Assembly (NCBI GenBank): GCA_036004385.1
Contig: DASYRO010000402.1
Location: forward strand, 1 to 27,796
DNA length: 27,796 nt
DNA from: Candidatus Acidiferrales bacterium
GTDB taxonomy: Bacteria; Acidobacteriota; Terriglobia; Acidiferrales; UBA7541
Direction of reading: 5' to 3'
The translations under genes were made by a program, and so were the position numbers. The notes under the pieces were generated by a model. It saw only the letters and a list, made by a program, of their open reading frames with translations. It was not told the DNA's origin and did no database searches. Numbering within the stretch: the first letter of the stretch is position 1; each line of letters begins with the position of its first letter. Positions 1 through 7,856 of the stretch are shown here, in pieces.

Positions 1-53
1 TACCGACTGATCATTAGAGCTGATTAGATGACGGGATCGGCTCCTTCGATCGA

Positions 54-80
54 GTAGACTTGGTTGCTTCGGCGACCAAG
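54..80 (+). repeat. GTAG-footed hairpin (9-bp stem, TTCG loop); REP-like element or terminator-like stem
   Basis: GTAG-A-CTTGGTTGC-TTCG-GCGACCAAG; stem with one G:U pair; no U-tract. Confidence 0.4.
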
Positions 81-219
81 GCTCGGAAGTGGTCGCCGCG
101 TTTTCCGCGCACTGGGTCACCCGACATTATCCGTGGCGATCTGGCCTTCTGGCTCGAAGCCGGTTTCGTCTTTCGCCGCGCTTGTCAGTCGCGTTCCTCC
201 TCAATCACTCAACCGCAAA

Positions 220-936
220 TCACCATTTTTCTACGTACAGCGGCCGGCTCAATTCCAACTCCAGCTTGGTGCCTTTTTGGAGCTCGAGTTCCATGCCCAT
301 GCCGGAGGCGATCAGGAATCCGGTTGCGCCGCCGATGGCCGCGCCGATTCCCGCGCCCTTGCCGCTTCTCGACGTCGCGCCAATCACCGCGCCGATGGCC
401 GCGCCCGCGGCGGCGGCTTCGACTTCCGGTTTGCCCTTGCTGGTGCGAGCTTCGATTTCGCCTTCTTTGCTTTCGCCCGCCTTCACGCTGTGCTCTTCCG
501 GCACGCTCAGCACATGGGCGACGATAGGCAGCTTGCCTTCGCGCGTGTTGATTTCATCGAACGAGAGCCACAGCCGCGCGCGCCCGGTAAATCCCGCCGG
601 CTCGATACGGCTGACGTGCCCGCGAATCTTCGCGCCCGGCGGAATGACCGCGCCATTCGCGGCGATCAGCGGCTCCAGCGTTTTCAGATCAAATTTTTTA
701 CCGACCTTGTCCTTGCGCGTGCTCAGCTTGTCGTCCAGCTTCACCAGGAATCGCGTGCCGCTGGTGACCACCGCCGTGCTCACGCTGGACACTTGTCCGG
801 CGCTCGCGCTCTGCGATTGCCCGGTGACTCCAGGCGCAAACGCCAAGAGCGCTGCCAGTGTCCACGCCAGCGAATTGCCAATCTGAGCCGCGCGGCTTGC
901 TTCGGGAATTCTGCCAATCGTCGTTTCCTGCTGCAT
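220..936 (-). CDS. Secreted TrbI/VirB10-like beta-domain protein with C-terminal glycine zipper
   Basis: Trimmed from ORF 220..1089 to the ATG at 936, which follows GGAGAGGAG. Signal-like LAWTLAALLAFAPG. Core GTRFLVKLDDKLS...IPPGAKIRGHVS...GRARLWLSF. Gly zipper AAAAGAAIGAVIG...GAGIGAAIGG. Similar to 10104..10775. Confidence 0.75.
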   Translation of the reverse strand: MQQETTIGRIPEASRAAQIGNSLAWTLAALLAFAPGVTGQSQSASAGQVSSVSTAVVTSGTRFLVKLDDKLSTRKDKVGKKFDLKTLEPLIAANGAVIPPGAKIRGHVSRIEPAGFTGRARLWLSFDEINTREGKLPIVAHVLSVPEEHSVKAGESKEGEIEARTSKGKPEVEAAAAGAAIGAVIGATSRSGKGAGIGAAIGGATGFLIASGMGMELELQKGTKLELELSRPLYVEKW

Positions 937-973
937 GGGCCGATCTCTCCTCTCCGTCGTTTCGTTCGCGGAT

Positions 974-1038
974 GTAACGCCGCCTCGCAGGCAATTCCTT
1001 GACTTGCAACAGCACAACCGGCTGGAGGCCGGCGCTAC
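974..1038. repeat. Inverted doublet of REP-like elements
   Basis: 974..992 (+) GTAACGCCGCCTCGCAGGC (degenerate) facing 1018..1038 (-) GTAGCG-CCGGC-CTCCA-GCCGG. Confidence 0.5.
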
Positions 1039-1225
1039 ATGCGGAACCCCACGATGAGATGAGTCCAACGCCCGCCGGGTGGCCTGCATCGTAGCAATTG
1101 ATTTTTGCTGAACGCGCGCGCCCCGCGGACCCGGCGGTTGCGGGAGCCGGCCCCGGACTGTGTCCGCGGCGCCGAGCGCTGGTGAATTTTTGCAAGAACA
1201 TTGTTGGTTTTCTTTCCCTCTGCCG

Positions 1226-1231
1226 TATAAT
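1226..1231 (+). promoter_or_regulatory. Putative sigma70 -10 box for the OmpA-domain gene
   Basis: Perfect TATAAT in an AT-rich patch of a GC-rich window; weak -35 TTGGTT at 16-bp spacing. Confidence 0.45.
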
Positions 1232-1446
1232 GTTTTTTAGAGAGTGCCCCGGGGGTGCACCATGCGGGGCTCTCGAAATAGGGGTTATGATTAGTTTTTA
1301 GTTCTCCGCCTGGGCGTCCGTGTTTCGACGCCCGTCCATAGAAAGCTGCGGATCGGTGGACTACCGGGAACGCAGTCCGGTCTCCGCAGAGAACGCAAAC
1401 GAACTTATCCGGTCGGAACTTGGGCTCCACAACTGAGGAGGTCTTG

Positions 1447-3549
1447 ATGAAGGCCATGTTGCGAGCTTGTCTGCTGCTGCTTCTGTGCTTGGTCCTGGCG
1501 CCGGCCGCGCCCGCCGACGATGCCGGCTCCAAGAAAAGCAAATCCAAAAACAAATCCGCGGTGGTCCGCACGGACAAATCCGCCGCCGTGACGGGACCTT
1601 CCGCGCTCGCAGCCGATCCCATGCCCCGCGGCTCCGCTACGCTGTTCCCAGCCCACCCGTCCGCCACTCTTGCCGCCTTTCCCGCGCCCCCCAGCCCGCG
1701 CGACGCCAAGGAGCCTCCTGTGCTGCGGCCCATGCCCGCGGCGACCACCGGCACACTGGGCATCTTCACTGTGGACTCCGGCTACCTGCTGCCCAAGCGT
1801 GGCTTCGCCATCACCACTTATGTGAACAAGATTTCGCGCATGCCCGGCAATGTCACCATCCTTTCTGTGGGCACGGCCGCTAGCTACGGCGTCACTGACT
1901 GGTTGAACCTCCATATCGGGTGGGAGCCGCATCGCTACGCGCACCTGAGCGCGCCCTCACAGTTGAGTTTGCGCACGCCGCCGACGAATCCGCCGTTTCC
2001 CAACGCCGCCAACCCGACCATCTTTCGCGGACTGACCGTAGTGCCCGGCTCCGCGCCGGGCTACGTGGAGGACTATCCGTTTGTCAACCGCAACGCCGGT
2101 GGCATCGGCGACCTCGTCGTTGGATTCAAGGTCGGCCCATTTTCCGAGTGGCGCGGGGATTGGCTTTCGATGGCCATTCGCAACGACATCATCATTCCCA
2201 CGCGACGCTCCCTCTCCGACCTGCTCGATAACCAGGTGCAGACGGGCCAGTTCGGCTGGGTGGGCAGCATCTCCACCAGCAAAACGTGGTGGAAGGACCG
2301 CATTGTCAGCACGTCAAACCTGAACTACCGCATCACGCGCGACCCGCGTTCCAACCGCGTCCGCCTGTTTACGCAAGCGGACGTGCTGCGCCTTTCCGGC
2401 GGCACAATTTTCCTGCCCAAGTATCGCATTCAGCCGATGACCGAGACGGTGTTCAATATTTACGTTGGGCCGCACACGCAGAACACCACGTTTGGCGCGC
2501 GCGACCCCATTGACTCCGTGTGGGGCGTGCGGCTCTACCCCTGGTCCAACGTGGCCATCGACGTCGGCTATCGCCGCACCGGCAACCTGAGCGAGCACGG
2601 CGATAAGAACGGTTTCATCATCAAGATTGGCAGCGTGTACTGGCCGGAAAAGCCCAAGCCGGTGAACCGCTCGCCGGTAGTCTCCTGCACCGCGGATGCC
2701 TCCTCGGTGTTCGTCGAATCCGGCGACACGGTCGGCGTGCGCGCTTCGGCCAGCGATCCCGATAACGATACGCTGAGTTATTCTTGGACTGCATCCGGCG
2801 GTACGGTGGAAGGCAGCGGCGCATCGGTGCGCTGGAATTCCGCGGGCACGCGCACCGGCACCTACACTGTCACGGTCAACGTATCCGACGGCAAGGGCGG
2901 CACAGCCTCCTGCGCCGTGGACATCAAGGTCGAACCGCGGCCCAATCGCGCGCCCACCATGTCCTGCTCGGTGGACCGCTCCTCGGTACTTTCCGGCGAG
3001 CGCGTGCGCGTCACGGCTACGGCTTCCGACGCGGACAACGACACGCTGACCTACTCCTGGCGCACCAACGGCGGCCAGATTATCGGCTCGGGTGCGAGCG
3101 TGCAGCTCGATACCACAGGCCTTGCCGCGGGACGCTACACCGTGACTGGACGTGTGGATGACGGCCGCGGCGGCGCCGCTGACTGTACGGTGGATGTCGG
3201 CGTCACTGTTCCTCCGCCTCCGCCGCAATCCTCCAAGCTTTCGGAGTGCTTCTTCCGCGCCGCTTCCGCGCGCGTAGATAATGTTTGCAAGCGCGTGCTG
3301 GATGATGTCGCCCTGCGCTTGCAGAACGATCCGAAGGCTCGCGTGGCCATCGTCGGCTACGCCGATCCGAAGGAACGCAAGCCCGATAAACTGGCCATGG
3401 ATCGCGCCGAGGCTGCCAAGAAATATCTGGTGAGCAAAGGCATTGCCGATGCGCGGATTGATACGAAAACCGCCGGCGGCCAGGCTGGCGCCGATAAACA
3501 AAACCGCCGCGTGGATGTAATCTGGATCCCCGAGGGCGCAACGTACTGA
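1447..3549 (+). CDS. Outer-membrane protein: signal peptide, putative beta-barrel, two PKD/Ig-like repeats, C-terminal OmpA-like peptidoglycan-binding domain
   Basis: GAGGAG RBS before ATG 1447. Signal MKAMLRACLLLLLCLVLAPAAPA. Two ~93-aa repeats starting at 2665 and 2944 (NRxP..SC...SDxDNDTL.YSW...G.YTVT..V.DG.GG.A.C). C-terminal IVGYAD...DRAEAAKKYLVSKGI...NRRVDV. Confidence 0.88.
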   Translation: MKAMLRACLLLLLCLVLAPAAPADDAGSKKSKSKNKSAVVRTDKSAAVTGPSALAADPMPRGSATLFPAHPSATLAAFPAPPSPRDAKEPPVLRPMPAATTGTLGIFTVDSGYLLPKRGFAITTYVNKISRMPGNVTILSVGTAASYGVTDWLNLHIGWEPHRYAHLSAPSQLSLRTPPTNPPFPNAANPTIFRGLTVVPGSAPGYVEDYPFVNRNAGGIGDLVVGFKVGPFSEWRGDWLSMAIRNDIIIPTRRSLSDLLDNQVQTGQFGWVGSISTSKTWWKDRIVSTSNLNYRITRDPRSNRVRLFTQADVLRLSGGTIFLPKYRIQPMTETVFNIYVGPHTQNTTFGARDPIDSVWGVRLYPWSNVAIDVGYRRTGNLSEHGDKNGFIIKIGSVYWPEKPKPVNRSPVVSCTADASSVFVESGDTVGVRASASDPDNDTLSYSWTASGGTVEGSGASVRWNSAGTRTGTYTVTVNVSDGKGGTASCAVDIKVEPRPNRAPTMSCSVDRSSVLSGERVRVTATASDADNDTLTYSWRTNGGQIIGSGASVQLDTTGLAAGRYTVTGRVDDGRGGAADCTVDVGVTVPPPPPQSSKLSECFFRAASARVDNVCKRVLDDVALRLQNDPKARVAIVGYADPKERKPDKLAMDRAEAAKKYLVSKGIADARIDTKTAGGQAGADKQNRRVDVIWIPEGATY

Positions 3550-3552
3550 CAG

Positions 3553-3576
3553 GTAGCACTGGCTCGTAGCCTGTGC
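3553..3576 (+). repeat. REP-like element (GTAG foot + palindrome)
   Basis: GTA-GCACTGGCT-CGT-AGCCTGTGC, 8 of 9 bp paired; same family as copies at 16122, 16160 and 16380. Confidence 0.6.
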
Positions 3577-3584
3577 TGTTCTTC

Positions 3585-3626
3585 AGGGGCAGGCTCCCGT
3601 GCTTTGGGAGTCTGCCCCTACTTTTT
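3585..3626 (+). terminator. Intrinsic terminator of the OmpA-domain gene, between convergent genes
   Basis: AGGGGCAGGCTCCC-GTGCTTT-GGGAGTCTGCCCCT 14-bp stem (one G:U) followed by ACTTTTT; reads GTAG-GGGCAG... on the minus strand. Confidence 0.75.
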
Positions 3627-3668
3627 ACGGTAGCCTGGAGCCTGCGTCTCAATGCGCGGTGCGTGCTT

Positions 3669-5777
3669 TCACGAAGCCACAGCCACTTCCGCCTGCGCTG
3701 TCGGGAGATATACGCTGAAGGTGGATCCCCGCCCCGGTTCGCTATCCACCCAGATGTAACCGGCGGATTGCTTGACGATTCCATAGACAGTGGCCAGCCC
3801 CAGTCCTGTTCCCTTGCCAACGTCTTTAGTCGTAAAGAACGGCTCGAAGATGTGTGCCTTGGTGTCCGCACTCATGCCGCAGCCGGTGTCGCGAACACTC
3901 AACATCACATACGATCCTGTGCGCGCCCCGGGGTGCGTGCCGGCAAAGGCTTCGTCCAGCTCGGCATTGGCCGTTTCAATGGTCAGCGTGCCGCCCTCGG
4001 GCATGGCGTCTCGCGCATTGACGGAAAGGTTCAGGATAATCTGCTCCATCTGCGAGCGGTCGGCCTTGGTCTGACCCAGAGACGCGTCCAGATTGGTGTC
4101 CACGGCGATGTTCTCGCCAATCAAGCGGGTGACCATGCTCTGCACGTCGGCAATCACGTCATTGAGGTTGAGCAGCTCCGGCGCGAGGGTTTGCTTGCGG
4201 CTGAAAGTAAGGAGCTGCCGCGTCAGCGCGGTAGCGCGTTCGGAGGCCTTCTGGATTTCTTCAAGATTTTTGCGCGGCAGCTCGCCCAGGCCTTTTTCCT
4301 CCAGCAACATTTCGCTATACGATTTGATGATCATCAGCAGATTGCTGAGGTCGTGTGCCACTCCGCCCGCGAGCTGGCCCATGGTCTCCATCTTCTGCGC
4401 TTGGCGAATCCCCTCTTCGACCTTGCCGGTGTTCTTCTCGGCATAGAGGGCTTTGTCAGCCCGCTTGAGCAGCTCCGAAGGTTGCTCACCGGGCCGGTGT
4501 TCCGCCCAGCCAGCCGAGAAGGTGATGGGGATCTTAGTTCCCCCGAGATCGACTTCCAGCCCGGTCAGTCGAGTGAGCACAAGAGGCACCTGCCCGGGCA
4601 GGCATTCGGTCAGCAGCAGCATGAATTCATCGCCGCCGATGCGCGCGGCCAGATCGGATGTACGACAGACCTTGTTCAGATGCTTCGCAAATTCGGCCAA
4701 CACCAGATCGCCCGCGGGATGGCCGTGCCGGTCGTTAATCTCCTTGAAGTTGTTGAGGTCGAGAGTCAACAGAGTGAGCGCGTAGGCGCGCCGGTCGGCG
4801 CGCGCGAACTCCACGGCCATGTGCTGCTCGATAAAACGCCGGTTGTACAGGCCGGTCAGGGAATCGCACATGGCCAGTTGATGGAGCTGGGCGTTTTCGA
4901 TGGCGATGGCGCAGTGCACGGAAAGCGCGCGTAGGAAATTGGTGTCCTCGGCGTCGAACGAACCGGAGGCTTTGTTCAGCAGTTGCAGCACGCCGATAAT
5001 ATCATTGCTCTTATCGCGAATGGGCACGCAGAGCAGCGTGCGCGTGCGGTAGCCGAGGCGGCGGTCCACCTCCGGCTCGAAGTGCGGATCCTCGTAGGCA
5101 TCGAGCAGATTGACGGTTTCTCCGGTGCGCGCGACGTGCCCGGCAATGCCCTTGCTCATGGGGATGCGGATTTCCTGCTTCGCCAGGCCCAGGCCGACCA
5201 GCGACCAGATCTCCTCGCGCTCCTTGTCCACCAGAAACATCGTGCCGCGGTCGGCGCCCGTCTGCCGGGTGGCCAACTCGAGGACGATGTTGATGAGCTC
5301 GCCGAGGTCGAGGGGCGAATTGAGCTGCTTGGTGGCTTCCACGATCCTGGAAAGCGTCTCGACGCTGCGGGCAAGAGCGAGCTCGCGCTCGTGCTTCTGT
5401 TGGTGAAGCAGCTGGCGCTGGAGTTCTTCTGCGCGCAGTTGCGAGCTGGCTGCGGTGGTGATCTGTTCGGCCAGCCCTCGGCGCAGCCGCTTAATCAGGA
5501 TCTGCTGGTAGATCAAGTGTGTGTTGAACAGCAGCACCAATCCGACCAGGCCGCGAACTCCCAGGGAAATATTGAGATCGAGGAGCGAATTCCTTACGTT
5601 CGAATCCGCTTTCAACAGCGTGGGCAGCGCGGAGGCCACCACCGCTGCGGTCAGCAAAAGCATAACCACGATGGAAGCCGACCACATCCACCAATCGCGC
5701 CGTTCGAGCTGCTTCAACTTGGCCTGGAGCCCCTGCCAGCTCAGCTCCGCGGCCTCTCGTGTTATCGTCTGTTCCAA
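3669..5777 (-). CDS. Membrane-anchored GAF-GGDEF diguanylate cyclase fused to a CckA-type histidine kinase (HisKA + HATPase_c), no receiver
   Basis: TTG start after GGAGG. Two hydrophobic segments, then GAF. GGDEF domain: DSLTGLYNRR, LDLNNFKEIND, RTSD I-site, RIGGDEF, ADKALYAEK. Kinase: H-box AHDLSNLL, N-box NLSVNARDAM, DTGCGM, FEPFFTTK, GTGLGL. Confidence 0.92.
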   Translation of the reverse strand: MEQTITREAAELSWQGLQAKLKQLERRDWWMWSASIVVMLLLTAAVVASALPTLLKADSNVRNSLLDLNISLGVRGLVGLVLLFNTHLIYQQILIKRLRRGLAEQITTAASSQLRAEELQRQLLHQQKHERELALARSVETLSRIVEATKQLNSPLDLGELINIVLELATRQTGADRGTMFLVDKEREEIWSLVGLGLAKQEIRIPMSKGIAGHVARTGETVNLLDAYEDPHFEPEVDRRLGYRTRTLLCVPIRDKSNDIIGVLQLLNKASGSFDAEDTNFLRALSVHCAIAIENAQLHQLAMCDSLTGLYNRRFIEQHMAVEFARADRRAYALTLLTLDLNNFKEINDRHGHPAGDLVLAEFAKHLNKVCRTSDLAARIGGDEFMLLLTECLPGQVPLVLTRLTGLEVDLGGTKIPITFSAGWAEHRPGEQPSELLKRADKALYAEKNTGKVEEGIRQAQKMETMGQLAGGVAHDLSNLLMIIKSYSEMLLEEKGLGELPRKNLEEIQKASERATALTRQLLTFSRKQTLAPELLNLNDVIADVQSMVTRLIGENIAVDTNLDASLGQTKADRSQMEQIILNLSVNARDAMPEGGTLTIETANAELDEAFAGTHPGARTGSYVMLSVRDTGCGMSADTKAHIFEPFFTTKDVGKGTGLGLATVYGIVKQSAGYIWVDSEPGRGSTFSVYLPTAQAEVAVAS

Positions 5778-5916
5778 TTAGACCTCCACCTGCCGGTACT
5801 CTGCATGTCGCCGCACGATGCTTGTGCCCAAATGGCTTGCCGTCCCAGACTTTGCGAGACTTCCCTCGGGTGCCCCGGTTGCGCGCCCCATTCTGGTAAG
5901 CGTATGCCCCCGCGAT

Positions 5917-6426
5917 CTACTTCTGATTGTGCTTGCGGCTGTCCAGGTGCAGCTTTCGAAATTCGGCCAAAATGTACGCGTCCCATCAGCCCTTCTTGAT
6001 TTCTTCCTCCATCGTTTCGAGCGCTGGATCCGGCGACATCGCGCGCTTATAGGGTCGCTCCGTAGTCAGTGCGTCATGGACATCTACGATTGGCAGCACG
6101 CCGGCGGTCATTTGATCGGCCAGTCCGCGGCGCAGTCTCTTAATCAGGATCTGCTGGTAGATCCAGTGTATGTTGAACAGCAGCACCAAGCCCACTAGTC
6201 CGCGAATTCCCTGGGTAATGCTGAGGTCAAGAAGCGTGTCCCATACGTTCGTTTCTTCTTTCAAAAGCGTAGGCAGCGCAGACGCCACTACCGCTGCCGT
6301 CAGCAGGAACATAACCGCGACGGAGGCCCCCCGCAGCCACCCATCGCGCCGCTCGAGCTGCTTCAACCGGGCCTGCAGCGCTTCCCAGCTACCTTCCGCG
6401 GCCGTTTGCATCATCGCGGTATCCAT
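5917..6426 (-). pseudogene. Internally deleted or chimeric gene: TM module like that of 3669..5777 joined to an HD-GYP C-terminal tail, with an in-frame TGA at 5986-5988
   Basis: ATG 6426 after GGAGG. 70/93 aa identical to the TM module of 3669..5777. Then VLPIVDVHDALTTERPYKRAM...KKG*WD aligns to VLQIVDVYDALTTIRPYKRAL...TKGWWD of 6539..7531. Frame continues to TAG at 5917. Confidence 0.8.
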
Positions 6427-6538
6427 GGCCCCTCCGTGCTGGAAACCCAAAATCGAATCTCGAATAACGAGCGTAGGACAGACTTCCAGGTCTGTCCGCT
6501 CGCCGAATCAAACGCTTTGTCGAATCTCCAGACTCTTT

Positions 6539-7531
6539 CTAAGTTCTGACTTCTGATTGCTGACTTCTGTTTTCGACCGAATCCAGAATCAGCTTTTGAA
6601 ATTCCGGAAAAATATTCGGATCCCACCAGCCCTTGGTGACTTCTTGCGCGATGGTGTCCAGCGCCTCCTGCGGTGTAAGGGCCCGCTTGTAGGGACGTAT
6701 CGTGGTCAGCGCGTCGTACACATCCACAATTTGCAGCACGCGCGCGCGCACGGGGATTTGTTCGCCGGCCAGCCCATCCGGATAGCCGGAGCCGTCCATG
6801 CGCTCGTGATGATGGCGGATGATCGGCAGCACCAGGCGGAACGTCTTCAGCGGCGCGCAAATGCGCTCCCCGGTGACGGGATGCTGACGCATGACCACCC
6901 ACTCTTCGGGTGTCAGCGGGCCGGGTTTCAGGAGGATGGCGTCCGGCACGGCCACTTTGCCGATGTCGTGCACGATGCCGGCGCGCCGCAACGCGATAAT
7001 GTGCTCGGAAGGCAGGCCCAGCCGCTCGCCCAACCGCGACGAGTAATCCGACAACCGCTCGCAATGCCCTTCGGTGTAGGGATCTTTTCCTTCGATGCTG
7101 CGCGCCAGTACGAACACCACGGATTCGGCGCGCTCCAGCTCGTCGGTGTAAGCCTTCAAGCTGAGCAGCGAGCGCACGCGCGCCAGCAGTTCATTGCGGT
7201 CCACGGGCTTGCTCAGGAAGTCGTCGGCGCCGGCTTGAATTCCGCGAATGCGGTCTTCCGTGGCCGAAAGACCCGTCACCAGCACCACCGGCGTCAGCCG
7301 CGTTTCCGCATTGGACTTTAGTTGCTGGCACACTTGGATGCCGTCCAGATGCGGCATTTCCACATCCATCAGGACCAGGTCGGGTTGGCTGCGCGCAAAT
7401 TCCGCCAGCGCCGCGCGCCCATCGCTCGCGGTGACCACTTCGTAGCCTTTGGCCTCCAGCATCCGCGTCATCAGCACGCGGATCTCCTCACGGTCATCGG
7501 CGACAAGAATTTTCTCAGCCCGCGTATCCAC
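6539..7531 (-). CDS. Response regulator with REC + HD-GYP domains (RpfG-like cyclic di-GMP phosphodiesterase)
   Basis: KILVADD...DLVLMDVEMP...FLSKP receiver; EGHCERL, VHDIGK, HHHERMDGSGYPDGL, DVYDALTT.RPYK. Start uncertain: GTG 7531 chosen because a TATAAT at 7616-7621 lies inside the longer ORF. Confidence 0.93.
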   Translation of the reverse strand: MDTRAEKILVADDREEIRVLMTRMLEAKGYEVVTASDGRAALAEFARSQPDLVLMDVEMPHLDGIQVCQQLKSNAETRLTPVVLVTGLSATEDRIRGIQAGADDFLSKPVDRNELLARVRSLLSLKAYTDELERAESVVFVLARSIEGKDPYTEGHCERLSDYSSRLGERLGLPSEHIIALRRAGIVHDIGKVAVPDAILLKPGPLTPEEWVVMRQHPVTGERICAPLKTFRLVLPIIRHHHERMDGSGYPDGLAGEQIPVRARVLQIVDVYDALTTIRPYKRALTPQEALDTIAQEVTKGWWDPNIFPEFQKLILDSVENRSQQSEVRT

Positions 7532-7615
7532 GGCCAGGCACCATTGGCGCCACTCCCCCGCTCTTGTGTGTGCTTGCGCGGGTATAGTTAGGTGGAAGAG
7601 AGGGTCGCATCGCCC

Positions 7616-7621
7616 ATTATA
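7616..7621 (-). promoter_or_regulatory. Putative sigma70 -10 box for the HD-GYP gene
   Basis: Perfect TATAAT on the minus strand ~85 nt upstream of GTG 7531; no convincing -35. Confidence 0.4.
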
Positions 7622-7838
7622 CTCTCTGTCTTCCCTGCGCGCTGCTGACAACCTGCGCCCTTGTGTTCTGCTCCGTAACAGTTATTCATCACTGTTCAAC
7701 CGCGAGGCAGGAACTGAACTTCGCTCCATATTTCCATCCGCGATCATCTGTATTCGTTTTGCCGTATCGGACGGTTTGTCTTTTTCGTCACATTCCACTC
7801 GGGACGCTTCGGGGCCACACGCACTCTCGGCTCTGCGT

Positions 7839-7844
7839 TACAAT
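7839..7844 (+). promoter_or_regulatory. Putative -10 box for the BNR/VPS10-repeat gene (very short leader)
   Basis: TACAAT 12 nt before ATG 7857; no Shine-Dalgarno visible. Confidence 0.35.
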
Positions 7845-7856
7845 AGAAATTGGCCC

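Noticed and set aside
1-27. Possible 3' end of an upstream gene (YRLIIRAD*)
   Set aside because: Only eight codons are visible; it cannot be supported or identified.
1005-1020. CGGTTGTGCTGTTGCA as a sigma54 promoter for 220..936
   Set aside because: GG-N10-GC spacing fits but the -24 element is poor and it overlaps a REP-like repeat.
1390-1415. ACGCAAA...TCCGGTC resemblance to a c-di-GMP-I riboswitch in the OmpA leader
   Set aside because: Spacing is wrong, and there is no GGCAAA or GNRA hairpin upstream.
2314-3501. Long antisense or alternate-frame ORFs (for example 2314..3501, 3573..4934, 4983..5999, 8058..9164, 11237..12421, 16857..18113, 21704..22798, 25964..27406)
   Set aside because: They lie opposite genes with clear domain motifs and lack recognisable motifs or RBS. 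This is the expected shadow-ORF effect of high GC3.
6546-6569. Direct repeat CTGACTTCTG-ATTG-CTGACTTCTG at the end of the HD-GYP gene
   Set aside because: Short slippage-type duplication in a variable C-terminal tail, with no associated element.
7532-7651. Long N-terminal extensions in the ORF track (also 937-1089, 7449-7856, 12694-12783, 21976-22113, 23926-24087, 27729-27788)
   Set aside because: They have no domain similarity, overlap promoter-like boxes or neighbouring genes, and downstream starts are better supported by RBS, coupling or domain boundaries.
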